Shown here one piece after another: positions 20,561 to 32,858 of a DNA stretch of 64,000 nucleotides (the stretch's first letter is position 1; every line of letters starts with the position of its first letter). A program made the position numbers and the translations under genes. Below the pieces are notes generated by a model that was not told the origin of the DNA, did no database searches, and worked only from the letters and a program-made list of their open reading frames with translations. The stretch spans positions 195,362,001 to 195,426,000 of the forward strand of contig OZ024740.1 of NCBI GenBank assembly GCA_964016885.1. The letters are read 5' to 3'. This stretch comes from Eledone cirrhosa. Taxonomy: Eukaryota.

Positions 20561-22539
20561 ATGTCGATATGCAACACAAACTTCAAAAAACCCGACAACC
20601 ACCTGATCACCTATAGATCAGGGGAGCATTCTAGTCAGGTAGATTTTATCCTTATCAGAGGACGTGACAGATGGATGGTCGTAAACACAAAAGCCTTCCC
20701 TAGTGAGGAATGTACCTCCCAACATAGCTTAGTTGTCAGCGACCTCACGGTCAGAACTAGACGAACCTGGAAACAGAGGCCAACCTGGAGAAGAAAGATC
20801 TGGAAGCTGAAATACCCCTCAGCCAGTAACATATTTAAAGATATTTTACTCACCGCCTACAACAGTAAAGAAGAACAGATAGAGACATTCAATGTAGAAG
20901 AGCACTGGGAGTTCCTAAAAAATAACTTACTAGAGGCGACGGATGAGATCTGTGGCTGGAGTAAGTCCACAAGCAGGAGGAGAGTGACTTGGTGGTGGAA
21001 CAATAAGGTAAATGAGGCAGTTAAGGCCAAGAGACAGGTATGGAAAGAATGGAAGAACGGGGGAAGCAGGGTACATTACATAGAGACCAAGAGGGAAACT
21101 AGGCGACAAGTATACTTAGCTAGGAAGGAAGCAGAGGATAGAAAATTCAAGCATGTTTTGCAACGTGAGGACCAGAAACAGGAGGTGTTCAAGATTGCGA
21201 GGCAGTGTGTCAGAGAGAATTGTGATGTCATTGGAGAGAAGTGTATCCAGAATAATAAAGGTGAGCTTGCCCTCACAAGTGCTGAGAAGAAAGATGCATG
21301 GAAGAGCCATTATGATAGATTACTAAATGAGGAGAATGCATGGGAAGAAGAGACCCTACCCCAAGTAGACCCTATAGAGGGGCCAGCACTACAAGTCAGC
21401 GGCAGCATAGTAAGTAAGGCAATCAAAGATATGAAGATGAGGAAGGCAACCGGTCGTAGGAAAGGTGTAGGTAGGAACTCCATTCTCTGCCCCAAATGCA
21501 AACAATGGGTTCACAAGAGATGTAGCGGGATCTCAGGAAGCTTAATTAAGAATGTAGGCTTCACATGTAGCAGCTGTGCTGGAACAGCAAGCAGCAAACA
21601 GCCACAAGTACCACCAATCTCTGGGAGGGCTCTGTAGAAACAGTAGTCAGGTTCTGCTACCTAGGTGACCGAATTAGCAGTGGAGGTGGGTGTTTAGAAA
21701 GAATAATAACTAGAGTAAGAACGGGATGGAAGAAGTTCAGGGAACTACTGCCACTGCTAGCTGCAAAAGGCTTCTCCCTCAAAATGAAAGGCAGACTGTA
21801 TGATGCATGTATCCGAACAGCGATGTTGCATGGTAGTGAGACCTGGGCACTGAATATGGAAGACTTACGTAGATTAGAAAGAAATGAAGCCTGCATGCTC
21901 CGATGGATGTGTAATAGTAATATACGCGAACGGCAAAGCATAAAGGAATTGAGAGAGAGGCTGAGCATAAGAGGAATCAAATGCTGTGTGTAGGAGAGGT
22001 GGTTGCGTTGGTATGGACATGTGATGCGTATGAAAGATGATAGCTGCATAAAAAGGTGCAGAGCACTAGAAGTCAATGGAAACCGCGGAGTGGGGAGACC
22101 CAAGAAGACCTGGGATGAGGTGATAAAAGCCGACCTTACCCAATTACACCTCTCAAAGGCGATGACACACGACCGTGACCTCTGGCGTCACGCAGTAATA
22201 CAGAGTACCCGACCTCCCATGGGTACAAGCTGAAGCATATAGACAATATGCCCCCACACCCTCCCACTGCAAAGTGGTTGTGGAGGTGCCACGGCAAAAA
22301 AGCACCCAGCCCACACTGTAAAGTGGACGTGTAGGCGCCACGGAAAAAAGCACCCAGCACTCACTGTAAATGAGGTTGATGTTAGGAAGGGCATCCAGCT
22401 GTAGAAACCAAGCCAAAATCAGTTCCTGTATGAACAAGGCATGGTCAACCGACCAGACACTGCCCATAACAGGACAACCCGTCTAACCCATGCTAGCATG
22501 GAAGAACGGACATAAAACGGTGATGATGATGATGATGAT
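20561..22539 (+). mobile_element. RTE LINE copy lacking the RT domain (internal deletion)
   Basis: EN C-half reads into KDMKMRKATG^RRKGVGRNSILCPKC with junction at ~21455; later frameshift and TAG at 21991; long 3' UTR and (GAT)n. Confidence 0.9.
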
Positions 22540-22730
22540 TTAGACATTAATCCAAAGATATTTGACTTTTATCATTCTTTCTAAGGAGTTTGAATTTAAA
22601 TATTGTTGACGTTATGGCTCACACCTGCATATGTTGAGCTGGCCCCCCATGAGGTCACATCTCACATAAGGTCTCATCAGTATTTTAATGATAGATACCC
22701 CAGGCCTATTTATTATGTTATGATTTTTCT

Positions 22731-23199
22731 GGTTATATGATGCCTGTGTCAGATGAGCGATGCTGCATGGTAGTGAGACATGGGCAGCAACTGCAGAGGA
22801 TATGCGATGGCTGGAGAGAAATGAAGCAAGCATGCTCCGTTGGATGTGCAATGTCAATGTGCGTGAACAACCAAGCATAGACGAGTTGAGAGAGAAACTG
22901 TGTATAAGAAGGATAAGCTGTAGTGTGCGGGAGAGAAAACTGCGTTGGTATGGACATGTGATGCGCATGGAAGATGACCACTGGGTAAAGAAGTGCCAAG
23001 AAATCCCAGTAGAAGGAAGACACAGTAGAGGAAGACCACAAAAATCATGGGCAGAGGTGGTGAGAGCTGACTTCAAATTGCTGAAGCTCACGGAGGAGAT
23101 GGCGAAGGACCATAACGAATGGAGAGATGTTGTGCTGAATAGGACCCATCCCACCCTTGCAAGCAGGGAAAAGCGGACGTAAAATGATGATGATGATGA
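22731..23199 (+). mobile_element. RTE LINE 3' fragment (no-3'UTR sub-family)
   Basis: MLHGSETWAATAEDMR...PTLASREKRT* matches the C-terminus of ORF 43521-46202; the stop abuts the (GAT)n tail. Confidence 0.9.
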
Positions 23200-26100
23200 G
23201 GCAGGATTTGAAGCTAGTAGGTATAGAGCCAGAACAAATACTGCAAAACAACCTGTCCAACACACTTATAATTATGCCAATCTACCACCCTGGACTGATA
23301 CTTAATTTATTGACCCTGAAAGGATGAAGGGCAAAGTTGACCTCAGCAGCATCTGAATTCAGAACAGAGAAAACTGGAACAAATACTGCAAGGCCTTTAA
23401 TTTAGTAACTCTGTCAATTCAATGCCTTGTGTTTTATGACATGTAATTATAAAAATATCTAGATTCTGATGGAAATATGTCAAAATCATATACCTCTTTC
23501 CTGATTATATGAAACCATCAGTGAATTGCTATAATTCCCAAACAAAATTGGTGGCTGAAGAAGGATTTGTGATAACACACATCTGACAGCTGTCGTATAC
23601 CTCATTAAAAAACTACTACCTGATGGACATTTCCCAAATAAGAACAATAGTAAGATCTTTGATTTGGGAATAAAATTATCAATGCAGATCTATAGTGAGT
23701 TAATAACCAAAACAATGTCAAGATACAGAGACCACTAGGAATCTCCAGAATAGTAATAAGCAATAGTTTTGCAAGGCCAAAAATGCCTCACCACACACAC
23801 ACATACGCATTAAATATTTACTACAATTCTCTCATCTTAATAGTGCCTTACCAAATACTGTTGCTGACAAGTCTACACAAGAGTATGTCAAATACTTTCC
23901 AAGGCAAGGAAATGTTGTTTCTAGTTTCATAAATAAGATGATTATCAACCTTAGTACCATTATCTCCTCCTAAAAACTGAGACCCACAGAATATTGTTAG
24001 AGGCAGGAATATTGTCATCGTTATCCTCATCACCACCACCAACAGCACAAAAAAAGTGATGTAGAAAACTGAGAGGGAAAGGTATTAGAGAAGGTAATAG
24101 TGAAAAAGTGTCAGTGGAAGGCAGCTAATTTTTAGTTTTCGGTAAGAAGATTTAATAAGATAAAAAATGAATGGCAGGATAAGAAAATATAGTCTTTATA
24201 GATAGGAATCTGAGAAAACAAACCTAACTTACATGATATAAAACAATTTTTTTCATGACTTAGTCAGAAGAGGAAGGGCAGAACTCATGACATTTGCAAG
24301 TCTTCTGAGATAGATGAGGGGGGAAAAGATAAGAAGACACCACAATTTGTGGGTTATCCTCAAATGAGAATCCTGGTCAATGCTACTGCTCAAGTTAAAT
24401 ATACCTCCAAACTAAATTTGTAACTATATACAGACTTTTGAATGGAAGTGGAATAGATATTACTTTCAAACTTTCATCAAAAGTTTTAAAGAAAATCTAT
24501 TAAAAATTCTGAACAACTTACAGAAAAGAGTTGTGTCCTAACTTTCTATGGATTCATTTTTACAGCTTCAGTTTTAGGTCTTCTTTAGTAAACATTAGAA
24601 TCCAAGAAAACTAGTGATGTTCTGCATCAGCAAAATATAAACTTTATATCATAAACTATATCTAGTATTATCAATTTCTTTTATATGCTCATAACAATAT
24701 AGTTGTTTCTCAGCTGATGTCTTTCATACATATTATTTCTTTTAATATGATTCTTAAATTCACATATTTTTTAACAGATAATTGTTTCTACTTTTGGCAC
24801 AAGGCCATCAATTATCCCAGTGTGTTACTGGTACTTTATTTTATCGACCCCGTAAGGATGAAAGGCAAAGTTAACCTCGGCGAGATTTGAACTCAGACTA
24901 TAAAGGGCTGTAACTCTTTGCTGCAAAGCATGGTGTCACACCCTCTACCGATACTGCCAATCCAGATAATACTCAACCAACTTGTCACTCTCTAATGGCT
25001 GCAGATTTTCCATATTTGCTCTATACTATAACTGCCGCATGTGTGTGTGTGTGCATGCATGCATGCATACGTGTTGCTGGGTAGAGATTTAGGCTTTACT
25101 CTACTATGCTAGCTCAATCCATATTGAGAAAGATAGGAAGTACATTAAACTAACCCCTGTATTTAACTCATACTTTATCTTATCAATCCCTGAAAGGATG
25201 AATGATGAAGTGGAGTACAACAGGATTTGAACCATGAACATAAAAGAGCCAGAACAATTTCTAACAATTTTGCTAAACCACCCACGCATCTACCCTCTTA
25301 CTAAAAATGGAAAACATAACATAACAATCCAAATTCAAATAACAATCTAAAACTCTTGAGAAAGGAAAGGAAGGCTTATACACACATGGAAAGAATTTCT
25401 CACCAAATCAACTTTCAAAAATATTTTTGACACAAAAATAATTAGAAAAAACTCAGTGAGTCCAAGAAGTTGTAAACAAAGTTTTATATTTGATATTCGA
25501 TGCACTTATTGTCAATTCTCATCACACCTTCACAAGATAATCAAGCATCTTTGATATCCTCAAAGGAGTTAATTACTAGAAAATGGTTGAGTAATTAGAT
25601 AAATAAATTTTGTTAAAATTAAATTCCTTAAAAAAAAAAAAGTGTGGGGGGGGGGGGGGATATATATTTGATTAGAAAATTTTCTGAAGAAATCCCTCAT
25701 CGTGTGTAAAAGACTTGATGGAAAACAAAAGAATCAGCAGAAAAATACCCTAGAAGTTTTCCAAAATATTACATTACAATAATTTTTTTTTTTTTTTTGA
25801 TAACTGAAATTTTCCTTTTCTTTTATTTCCATTTTCATTTCTATTATTATTAATTTTTATTTTTAACATTTATAATTATTCAACAACACAATTATTATCT
25901 TTAATTGCCATAGTTCATGTGTTTTTTTTTGTTTTTTTTTTTGTTTTTTTGTTATTGATTCTTCCTCTCCCTAAGGATTTTGTAATCCTGAGTTAAGCAG
26001 TTTTATGGCAATAACAACTTGGATAAAATATATTGATACTTGATGAAAATATTTTACCACAGATACAAGAGAGCTATGTGTTATCTGTGGTTAAATATCT

Positions 26101-28522
26101 TCTGTTGATATGTGAGAGTCTCACTACAGATATTGCACTGGAACAGTCTTTCTCCCATGTGAGTACATGTGTTGAGTTGATTAGATATTCTTGGATTTTC
26201 TTCCGAGATCAAAATGAAAATGAACATTTTTCAAAATCTTTATCAATGTCACTATCACCATCAATACTAGTATTATCATCAACCCCGCCACCATCAATAC
26301 TAGCATTACCATCAACACCACCACAATCAACATCATCAATACCTATCACTGTTGTCACTTCTGTTATCATTCAGATGATGATGATGTAGATGATGATGAG
26401 GAGGAGGAGAAGGGGGAATGCATAGTTACAGTGTGGACTAGGTGCTTTTTATCATAGTGCCAAAACAATCATTTTACAGGGAAATCTGAGTGTTTTTTGT
26501 CATATCACCTACATAACCACCTAACAGGATGGACTGGGTGCTTTTTGTCATGTCACCAATACAACCAGCTTACAGTGTGGACTAGGCACTTTTTGTGTCA
26601 CCAGCATGACCACCTGACAGAGTGGACTGGTTGCAATAAAAGAAAAAAAAAGTGATTTTCTTTCATTTGCTTCAAAGCATAAAACAAGCCTTTTTAGAAA
26701 GAGACAGAAATGAATCATAAAAATTTGGGTTGATTGATATCTCTTTCTCTCTCTCTCTCTGTTTCAATTCTATGCTGTGTAGTACATATGTTGGGTGCTT
26801 GAATAATTACACAAGACCAACACCCTAGACTGATAATTTATTTTATTGACTCCAGATGAAAGGCAAAACTGACTTCAGCAAGATTTATACTTAGAACACA
26901 AAGTTAAACAGATTAAATCCTAAATTTGCAGACTAAGTTCCAGATCAGTGTCATGTAATGATAAAATGTGCATCATATAAAAGCTGATTATTTTCAGATT
27001 CTGGAAAGTTTATCAATTTAGTGGTGAATTATACACCTGACTAGAACACTAGTTCTCTGGAATACACACAGAGATGATATCATATTGACTAGTTCTCATA
27101 ACTATTGAAATTATAACTACAATATAGTTATAGAGTGCACCTGATTTTCCATATAATGAAGAACATTATTCCAGAAATCAATCAAACATAGAATTAAAAA
27201 GGAAATAGTACAATGCTTGAAGAAATCTATGCTAAAATGAATAAGTTCCAGACAAACTGAACTCAAATGACTTATTCTAATTGCATATGGCATGCACTAT
27301 ATGGCTGAGGTATATATATAATAAAGAAGAAAAAATCGAGATATATGCTTAATAATGATAAAATGTAAGGTTAATCAATGATATTAATAGGTAGACAGTT
27401 AGACAGAGAAGCAAATACAAACATGCACAAACACAGAGAGAGAGAAAAAGTCATTAATGCTAAAATAAGCAAGCAAGGTACAATTGTTCTTCCCTGTAAT
27501 TTAATATTGATATATGTGTATGCATGTGTGTATGTGTCTGAATATGTGTAAGAGAATCTGTGTGTGTGTGAGAGAGTGTGTATACAACATTCGACACAAG
27601 CTATCAAAGATGGTGTGTAAATTTTGAAGTTCTATTTTAGAAAACGTAGGTATTCCAAATGCAGAAAATAGCAGTAACCACAGTTGATTGATGTAAATAT
27701 TAGCTTAAAAACCCATTAAAATACCCCTATGGAAGGAAAAAAAATGTTCAGCAGTCGCTATGGAGAATTGAATGCCCTATCTCTCAAATTCCAGCAGTGT
27801 ACTCTAGTCATTAAGCTAAGAAACCTCAGAAAACAACTACGATCTGAATTAAATAGCTCAATGGTTAAAGCATTTAGCCAGAATTTAAGAGATATGGAGT
27901 TTGTTTCTCCATAGCAGCTGCTTGCTGTATGTGTGTCTGGGTGCGTATACAGGAATATAGAAGAGTACTGATGTCCAATCCAATCCATGACCTTCACACC
28001 TCTGTTAGAGGAACCTTTCCCTGCTTGACTGCCACTGCTTTGTTTGGTTTTGATAATGTCAGAGGAATAACCTTACTTAACAGGCTTGGGCAATTGCAGG
28101 TTGATGAGTCTATTTAACCCATATTTGGGTTGGATGGCTCTTGATTTTGAGGAGTTCATCCATCATTTTTACAGCTCGTTTTTTTGTGTGGCTGGGGTTC
28201 CACTTACCCTCCTCACCTGAATAGGGTCTGGTAGGGGAGCCAGTTTTTGTCTCCATCCACTTGACCATTAAGCAGGTTGCACTGAGTTATATGGTACCTG
28301 CAGTAGGCAGAGACCTGACCTGACCATATGCAAGTATGAATAAGTATGTGTGTAAGTTATATACATGTGCATATATGGGTATACATACATAAATATAGGT
28401 GTAAGTGTGCATGAGTGTTTGAGCACATATTTGGATCTATATATATGTATATATATATAGATCCAAATATGTGCTCATATATATGTATATGTGAAGGCGC
28501 ATGGCTCAAATATATGTATATG

Positions 28523-28775
28523 TGAAGGCACATGGCTTAGTGGTTAGAGCATTGGGCTTGCAATCGAAAGGTTGTGAGTTCAATTCTGGGACCGGATGAT
28601 GTGTTGTTTCCTTGAGCAAGACACTTTATTTCACGTTGCTCCAGTTTACTCAGCTGTAGAAATGAGTACCGGCCTGCCGGCCCTGCCAGTGGGATGGTGT
28701 TATCTTATGGCTAAAACAGCACGACATGTTGTGACCAGCGGCGCCACCCGACAGACTGGTCGGTCAAGGTGATCA
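28523..28775 (+). mobile_element. tRNA-headed SINE (similar head at 41720-42050)
   Basis: GAAGGCACATGGCTTAGTGGTTAGAGC...GAGTTCAATTC...TCCTTGAGCAAGACACTTTATTTCAC. Confidence 0.75.
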
Positions 28776-28889
28776 AGGTGATATTTGTATATACATACTC
28801 GTATATAAATAAGGGTATATGAGTGTTAGTGGAAGAATGCCAGAATGTGTGTGTATACCACATATGAAGATGTGTATAAACACCGATTT

Positions 28890-29435
28890 GTATGAGGAGT
28901 AAGTCAAAATCATTCGATGTGGGAATCGGAATCCGCCAAGCATGTACTGTCGCCTCTTCTGTTCATAATCTTTGTGAACAGGATTGACATGTGCAGCCAG
29001 GTTGGAAGTGGTATCTTGAACGGCAAGTGTAGGATCAGTCAACTGGAATTTGCAGGTGACATGGTACTACTTAACTCAATGCAAAGTGATCTCTGACATG
29101 CATTTGATAGGTTTGATGTCAAGTGGTGCATGGCTGGAATGAAAATCAGGATAGAACTGGTGATTCTGTATAGTCAACTATATATATATATATATATACA
29201 TACACACACAAATATGTGTATGAGAAATATGTGGTTATCATAACAAGTCTTGTCTCAGACTAGGACGACCTTTCCAACCCAGGTGAAGACAAACACTCGT
29301 CCTATCAAGGAAGCCTGCACAGTGAATACTACATGTGAGTGGAGTTCGACTGAAGCAGGTGGAGAAGTTTAAGTATCTCAGGGCTTTGTGCCAACGGTAT
29401 TTGTGCCAACTCTTACCTTTGGTCATGAATCTTGT
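28890..29435 (+). mobile_element. Old RTE (Expander-like) RT relic
   Basis: Broken frames read GIRQAC..LSPLLFIIF, LEFAGDMVLL, LKQVEKFKYL, VFVPTLTFGHES. Interrupted by a ~105-bp segment duplicated at 29503-29612. Confidence 0.65.
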
Positions 29436-29964
29436 GTAATATATATATATATATACACACACACATATATATATATATATTTAGGTTTGTTGGTTCACCA
29501 CTGGATAGAACTGGTCATTCTGTATCGTCAACTATATATATATATATATATACATACACACACAAATATGTGTATGAGAAATATGTGGTTATCATAACAA
29601 GTCTTGTCTCAGACTATAATGACCTTTCCAACCCATGCTAGCATGGAAAATGGCTGCGTGGTGGTAGTGGTGATGATATATATATTAGTGGTGATGATAT
29701 ATATACATATTAAATCTCTTTCTTCAGGGTTATTTTATCATATATCTAATAAGACTGCAAAAAAATTGTGCAGTATGAAGTTGGCACTTTTGCAGAAAAC
29801 TCTACAAAAACTACTTTTCACTAATACCATTTGTTTCATACTTTCATGTTTGTTTCTTTGTTTTTTCTCTCTTTTTTATTTATCTGCTTATACTTATCTG
29901 CCTGAACATTATATACAATTTATGTATATATGCGCATATGTCTGTGTATTCATATATATATATG

Positions 29965-30064
29965 CAGGGTGTCCCAAAAATGTATACATACTTCAACAGC
30001 ATTCTAATAAATATTTCCTGTACAGGTAATCAAAGTGTGTATATATATATTTTGGGACAACCTG
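29965..30064. mobile_element. 100-bp Tc1-type MITE
   Basis: TIRs CAGGGTGTCCCAAAA and TTTTGGGACAACCTG. Confidence 0.6.
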
Positions 30065-30185
30065 TTTGTGTATGTATATATATATATGTATGTGTGTGTG
30101 TGTGTATATATATATATGCGTGTGTATATATATGTGTGTATATATATATGTGTGTATATATATATATATATGTGGATATATATAT

Positions 30186-30520
30186 GGAGGCACATGGCTT
30201 AGTGGTTAAAGCATTGGGCTTGCAATCGAAAGGTTGGGAGTTCAATTCTCAGACCGGGTGATGTGTTGTTTCCTTGAGCAAGACACTTTATTTCACATTG
30301 CTCTAGTTTACTCAGCTGTAGAAATGAGATGATAGGACTGAGGTCCCTATCATTCCACTGTAAAGTGGTTATGGAGGTGCCACAGCAAAAAAGCACCCAA
30401 CACTCACTGTAAATGGGGTTGGTGTTAGGAAGGGCATCCAGCTGTAGAAATCAAGCCAGAATCAGTTCCCGCCCCACCCTTGCAAGCAGGGAAAAGCGGA
30501 CATAAAATAAAATGATGATG
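30186..30520 (+). mobile_element. Tripartite SINE with RTE 3' tail
   Basis: Near-identical to 7187-7532(-). Confidence 0.8.
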
Positions 30521-30542
30521 AAATTATGATATATATGTGTGC

Positions 30543-30584
<42 letters not shown>

Positions 30585-30592
<8 letters not shown>

Positions 30593-31174
30593 TACTCGAG
30601 AGAAGGCTACGTTGGTATGGACACGTGATGCGCATGAAAGTCGATAGCTGTATAACAAAGTGCAGGGCAATAAAGATAGACGGTAGCCACGGAATAGGCA
30701 GACCTAGAAAAACCTGGGACGAGCTGATAAACTCCGACCTCACACACTTACACCTCTCCAAGACAATGTCACTGGACCGAGACCTTTGGCGGTACTCAGT
30801 AACAGAGAAGACCCGCCTTGCCAGTAGGCATCTCTAACAAAATACACCCCGTCCCGCCACCACCCCCACCCCATCCACACCACCCCGTTCTATGTAAAGT
30901 TATGTTGGTGCCGCGCCATCCAGGCCGAAACAAATGAGATCGTGTAGGTGTCACGACAAAAAAACACACAGTCCACGCTGTAATGTGGCCGTGTAGGCAA
31001 CACGGTAAAAACCTCCCAGACCCACACTGTAAATGGAAGGGCATCCAACTGTAGAAAACCTGCCAGACAGTCCTATGCGAGCAAGACAATCACACTTGCC
31101 TCAAGTGGGACTACCCCCGTCCAAACCCATGCAAGCGAGGAACACGGACGTTAAACGTTGATGATGATGATGAT
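30585..31174 (+). mobile_element. RTE LINE 3' fragment inserted in (TA)n
   Basis: CCLLERRLRWYGHV...DRDLWR, 3' UTR and (GAT)n. A second inverted 3'-UTR fragment follows at ~31211-31445. Confidence 0.88.
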
Positions 31175-31472
31175 ATATATGTGTATATATATATGTGTGT
31201 GTATATATATATCATCATCATCATCATCATTTAACGTCTATCTTCCACGCTAACATGGGTTAGATGGGAATTATTCCACTTGAGGCAAGATTGGTCGGGT
31301 GACCGTGTCTCACTCATATCTTGCAGGTTTCCTATGGCTGGATGCCCTTCCTAACACCAACTACATTTACAGTGTGGACTGGGAGCTTTTTACCGTGTTA
31401 CCTGCATGGCCACATTACAGCATGATCTGTGTGTTTTTTGTCATGACATATATGCGTATATATATATATAAA

Positions 31473-31530
<58 letters not shown>

Positions 31531-31636
31531 TAAATAAAAGCTATCGCCGTATTTTGACTAAAGAAATTAAAGAAATTATTTAGCCTGATAGTGGGGTTAA
31601 GAACCCTCGGAGAAAAATGGAAAAAGATGAGTATTG

Positions 31637-31667
<31 letters not shown>

Positions 31668-32858
31668 CGCACATATATACTGCACGCTTGTCTGTATTTC
31701 ACTTTTATTTTGTTGAATTGGGAAAAGAAAAAATAGTTTAAACCTTTTATCGTGAATAACTTATGCCTCTAAACCCGAGTTCAAATTTCATTAGAGTTAA
31801 TTAATTGTTCCTTTCATCCTGCAATTGATGATAAAATAGGTACCACGCACATACATATGTATATACTAGGTTCAATAGAAACCAATGGAGGAGCTTCTAA
31901 TTCTAGCTGATTACTTGATCTGCTAGAATTTGTAATAAAATCGCTCTCAAATCATAATCTATAATGTTTTCAGGAAATGATTAAGAACATATTAGGTACT
32001 ATAGTCAAAGTTACTTCTAAGAAAATGAGATGATCATGGTTTCAAAGCCTTTGGTAACAAGTCTACTTGATCAGGGATTTAAGTTCTCAGCTGAAGGCTT
32101 ATTAGACTCATGCTTAACCACACTTTCTTTGGCATTAAGCAACTGAGAGTACAAGACTCTCCCTGGAGAGGATACCCATCTAGTGCAGGATTAACTCTCC
32201 AGCAACTGCTTGTACTCATCTCAGCTGAGTGTACTGGAGCAATGTGAAATAAAGTGTTCTGCTCAAGAACGCAATGCAGCTGCCTATCCAGGAATTGAAC
32301 CGACAACATTATGATCATATGTCAAGTATCTTAACCATTAGGCCATGCGGCTTCATAAATGATTGGGGCAAAGTAATCGCAGCTGGCTTCAAATTGGCTC
32401 ACTAGTGAGTTATTTATGTCAAAGCATGAAAAATCTCTAGTCTCTTCTATAATATTATTCTGCTTCTTTTTATCTACATTTATTATTCAGTCAAGACGAT
32501 AAGAGCAGTGCCTATGTCTCATTCTAATACCTTCAAAACTGTTGGAAAAGTGAGAAGGTATCCTTAAACTTGTGACCTAGTCCAAAAGCTTTCGACATAG
32601 TGTACTCTGCTAAAGGCCCAGGTGGTAGTGTAAAAATGAGTGGTGGATTAAGTCTACCCTTCAAAAATTATATCAACTCCCCAAAATTGAGTCATCCCCT
32701 TAAGATTAAATTCACCATTCAAAAGTAAATCTATCACTCAAGATTAAATCTATTAGCCAAGGTTTGAGCATGATGCATTAAACAACCTTAAATATTGACT
32801 GGAATCAAAGATAATCAAAATTTTTAGCAATTAAAAATATTTGAACATTACACATAAA

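Noticed and set aside
26063-26158. Possible plus-strand 96-bp exon (cag|ATACAA...CAT|gtgagt)
   Set aside because: Weak acceptor, no partner exons found and no recognisable peptide.
28523-28595. SINE heads as functional tRNA genes
   Set aside because: A/B boxes are present, but there is no proper acceptor stem and they continue into SINE bodies.
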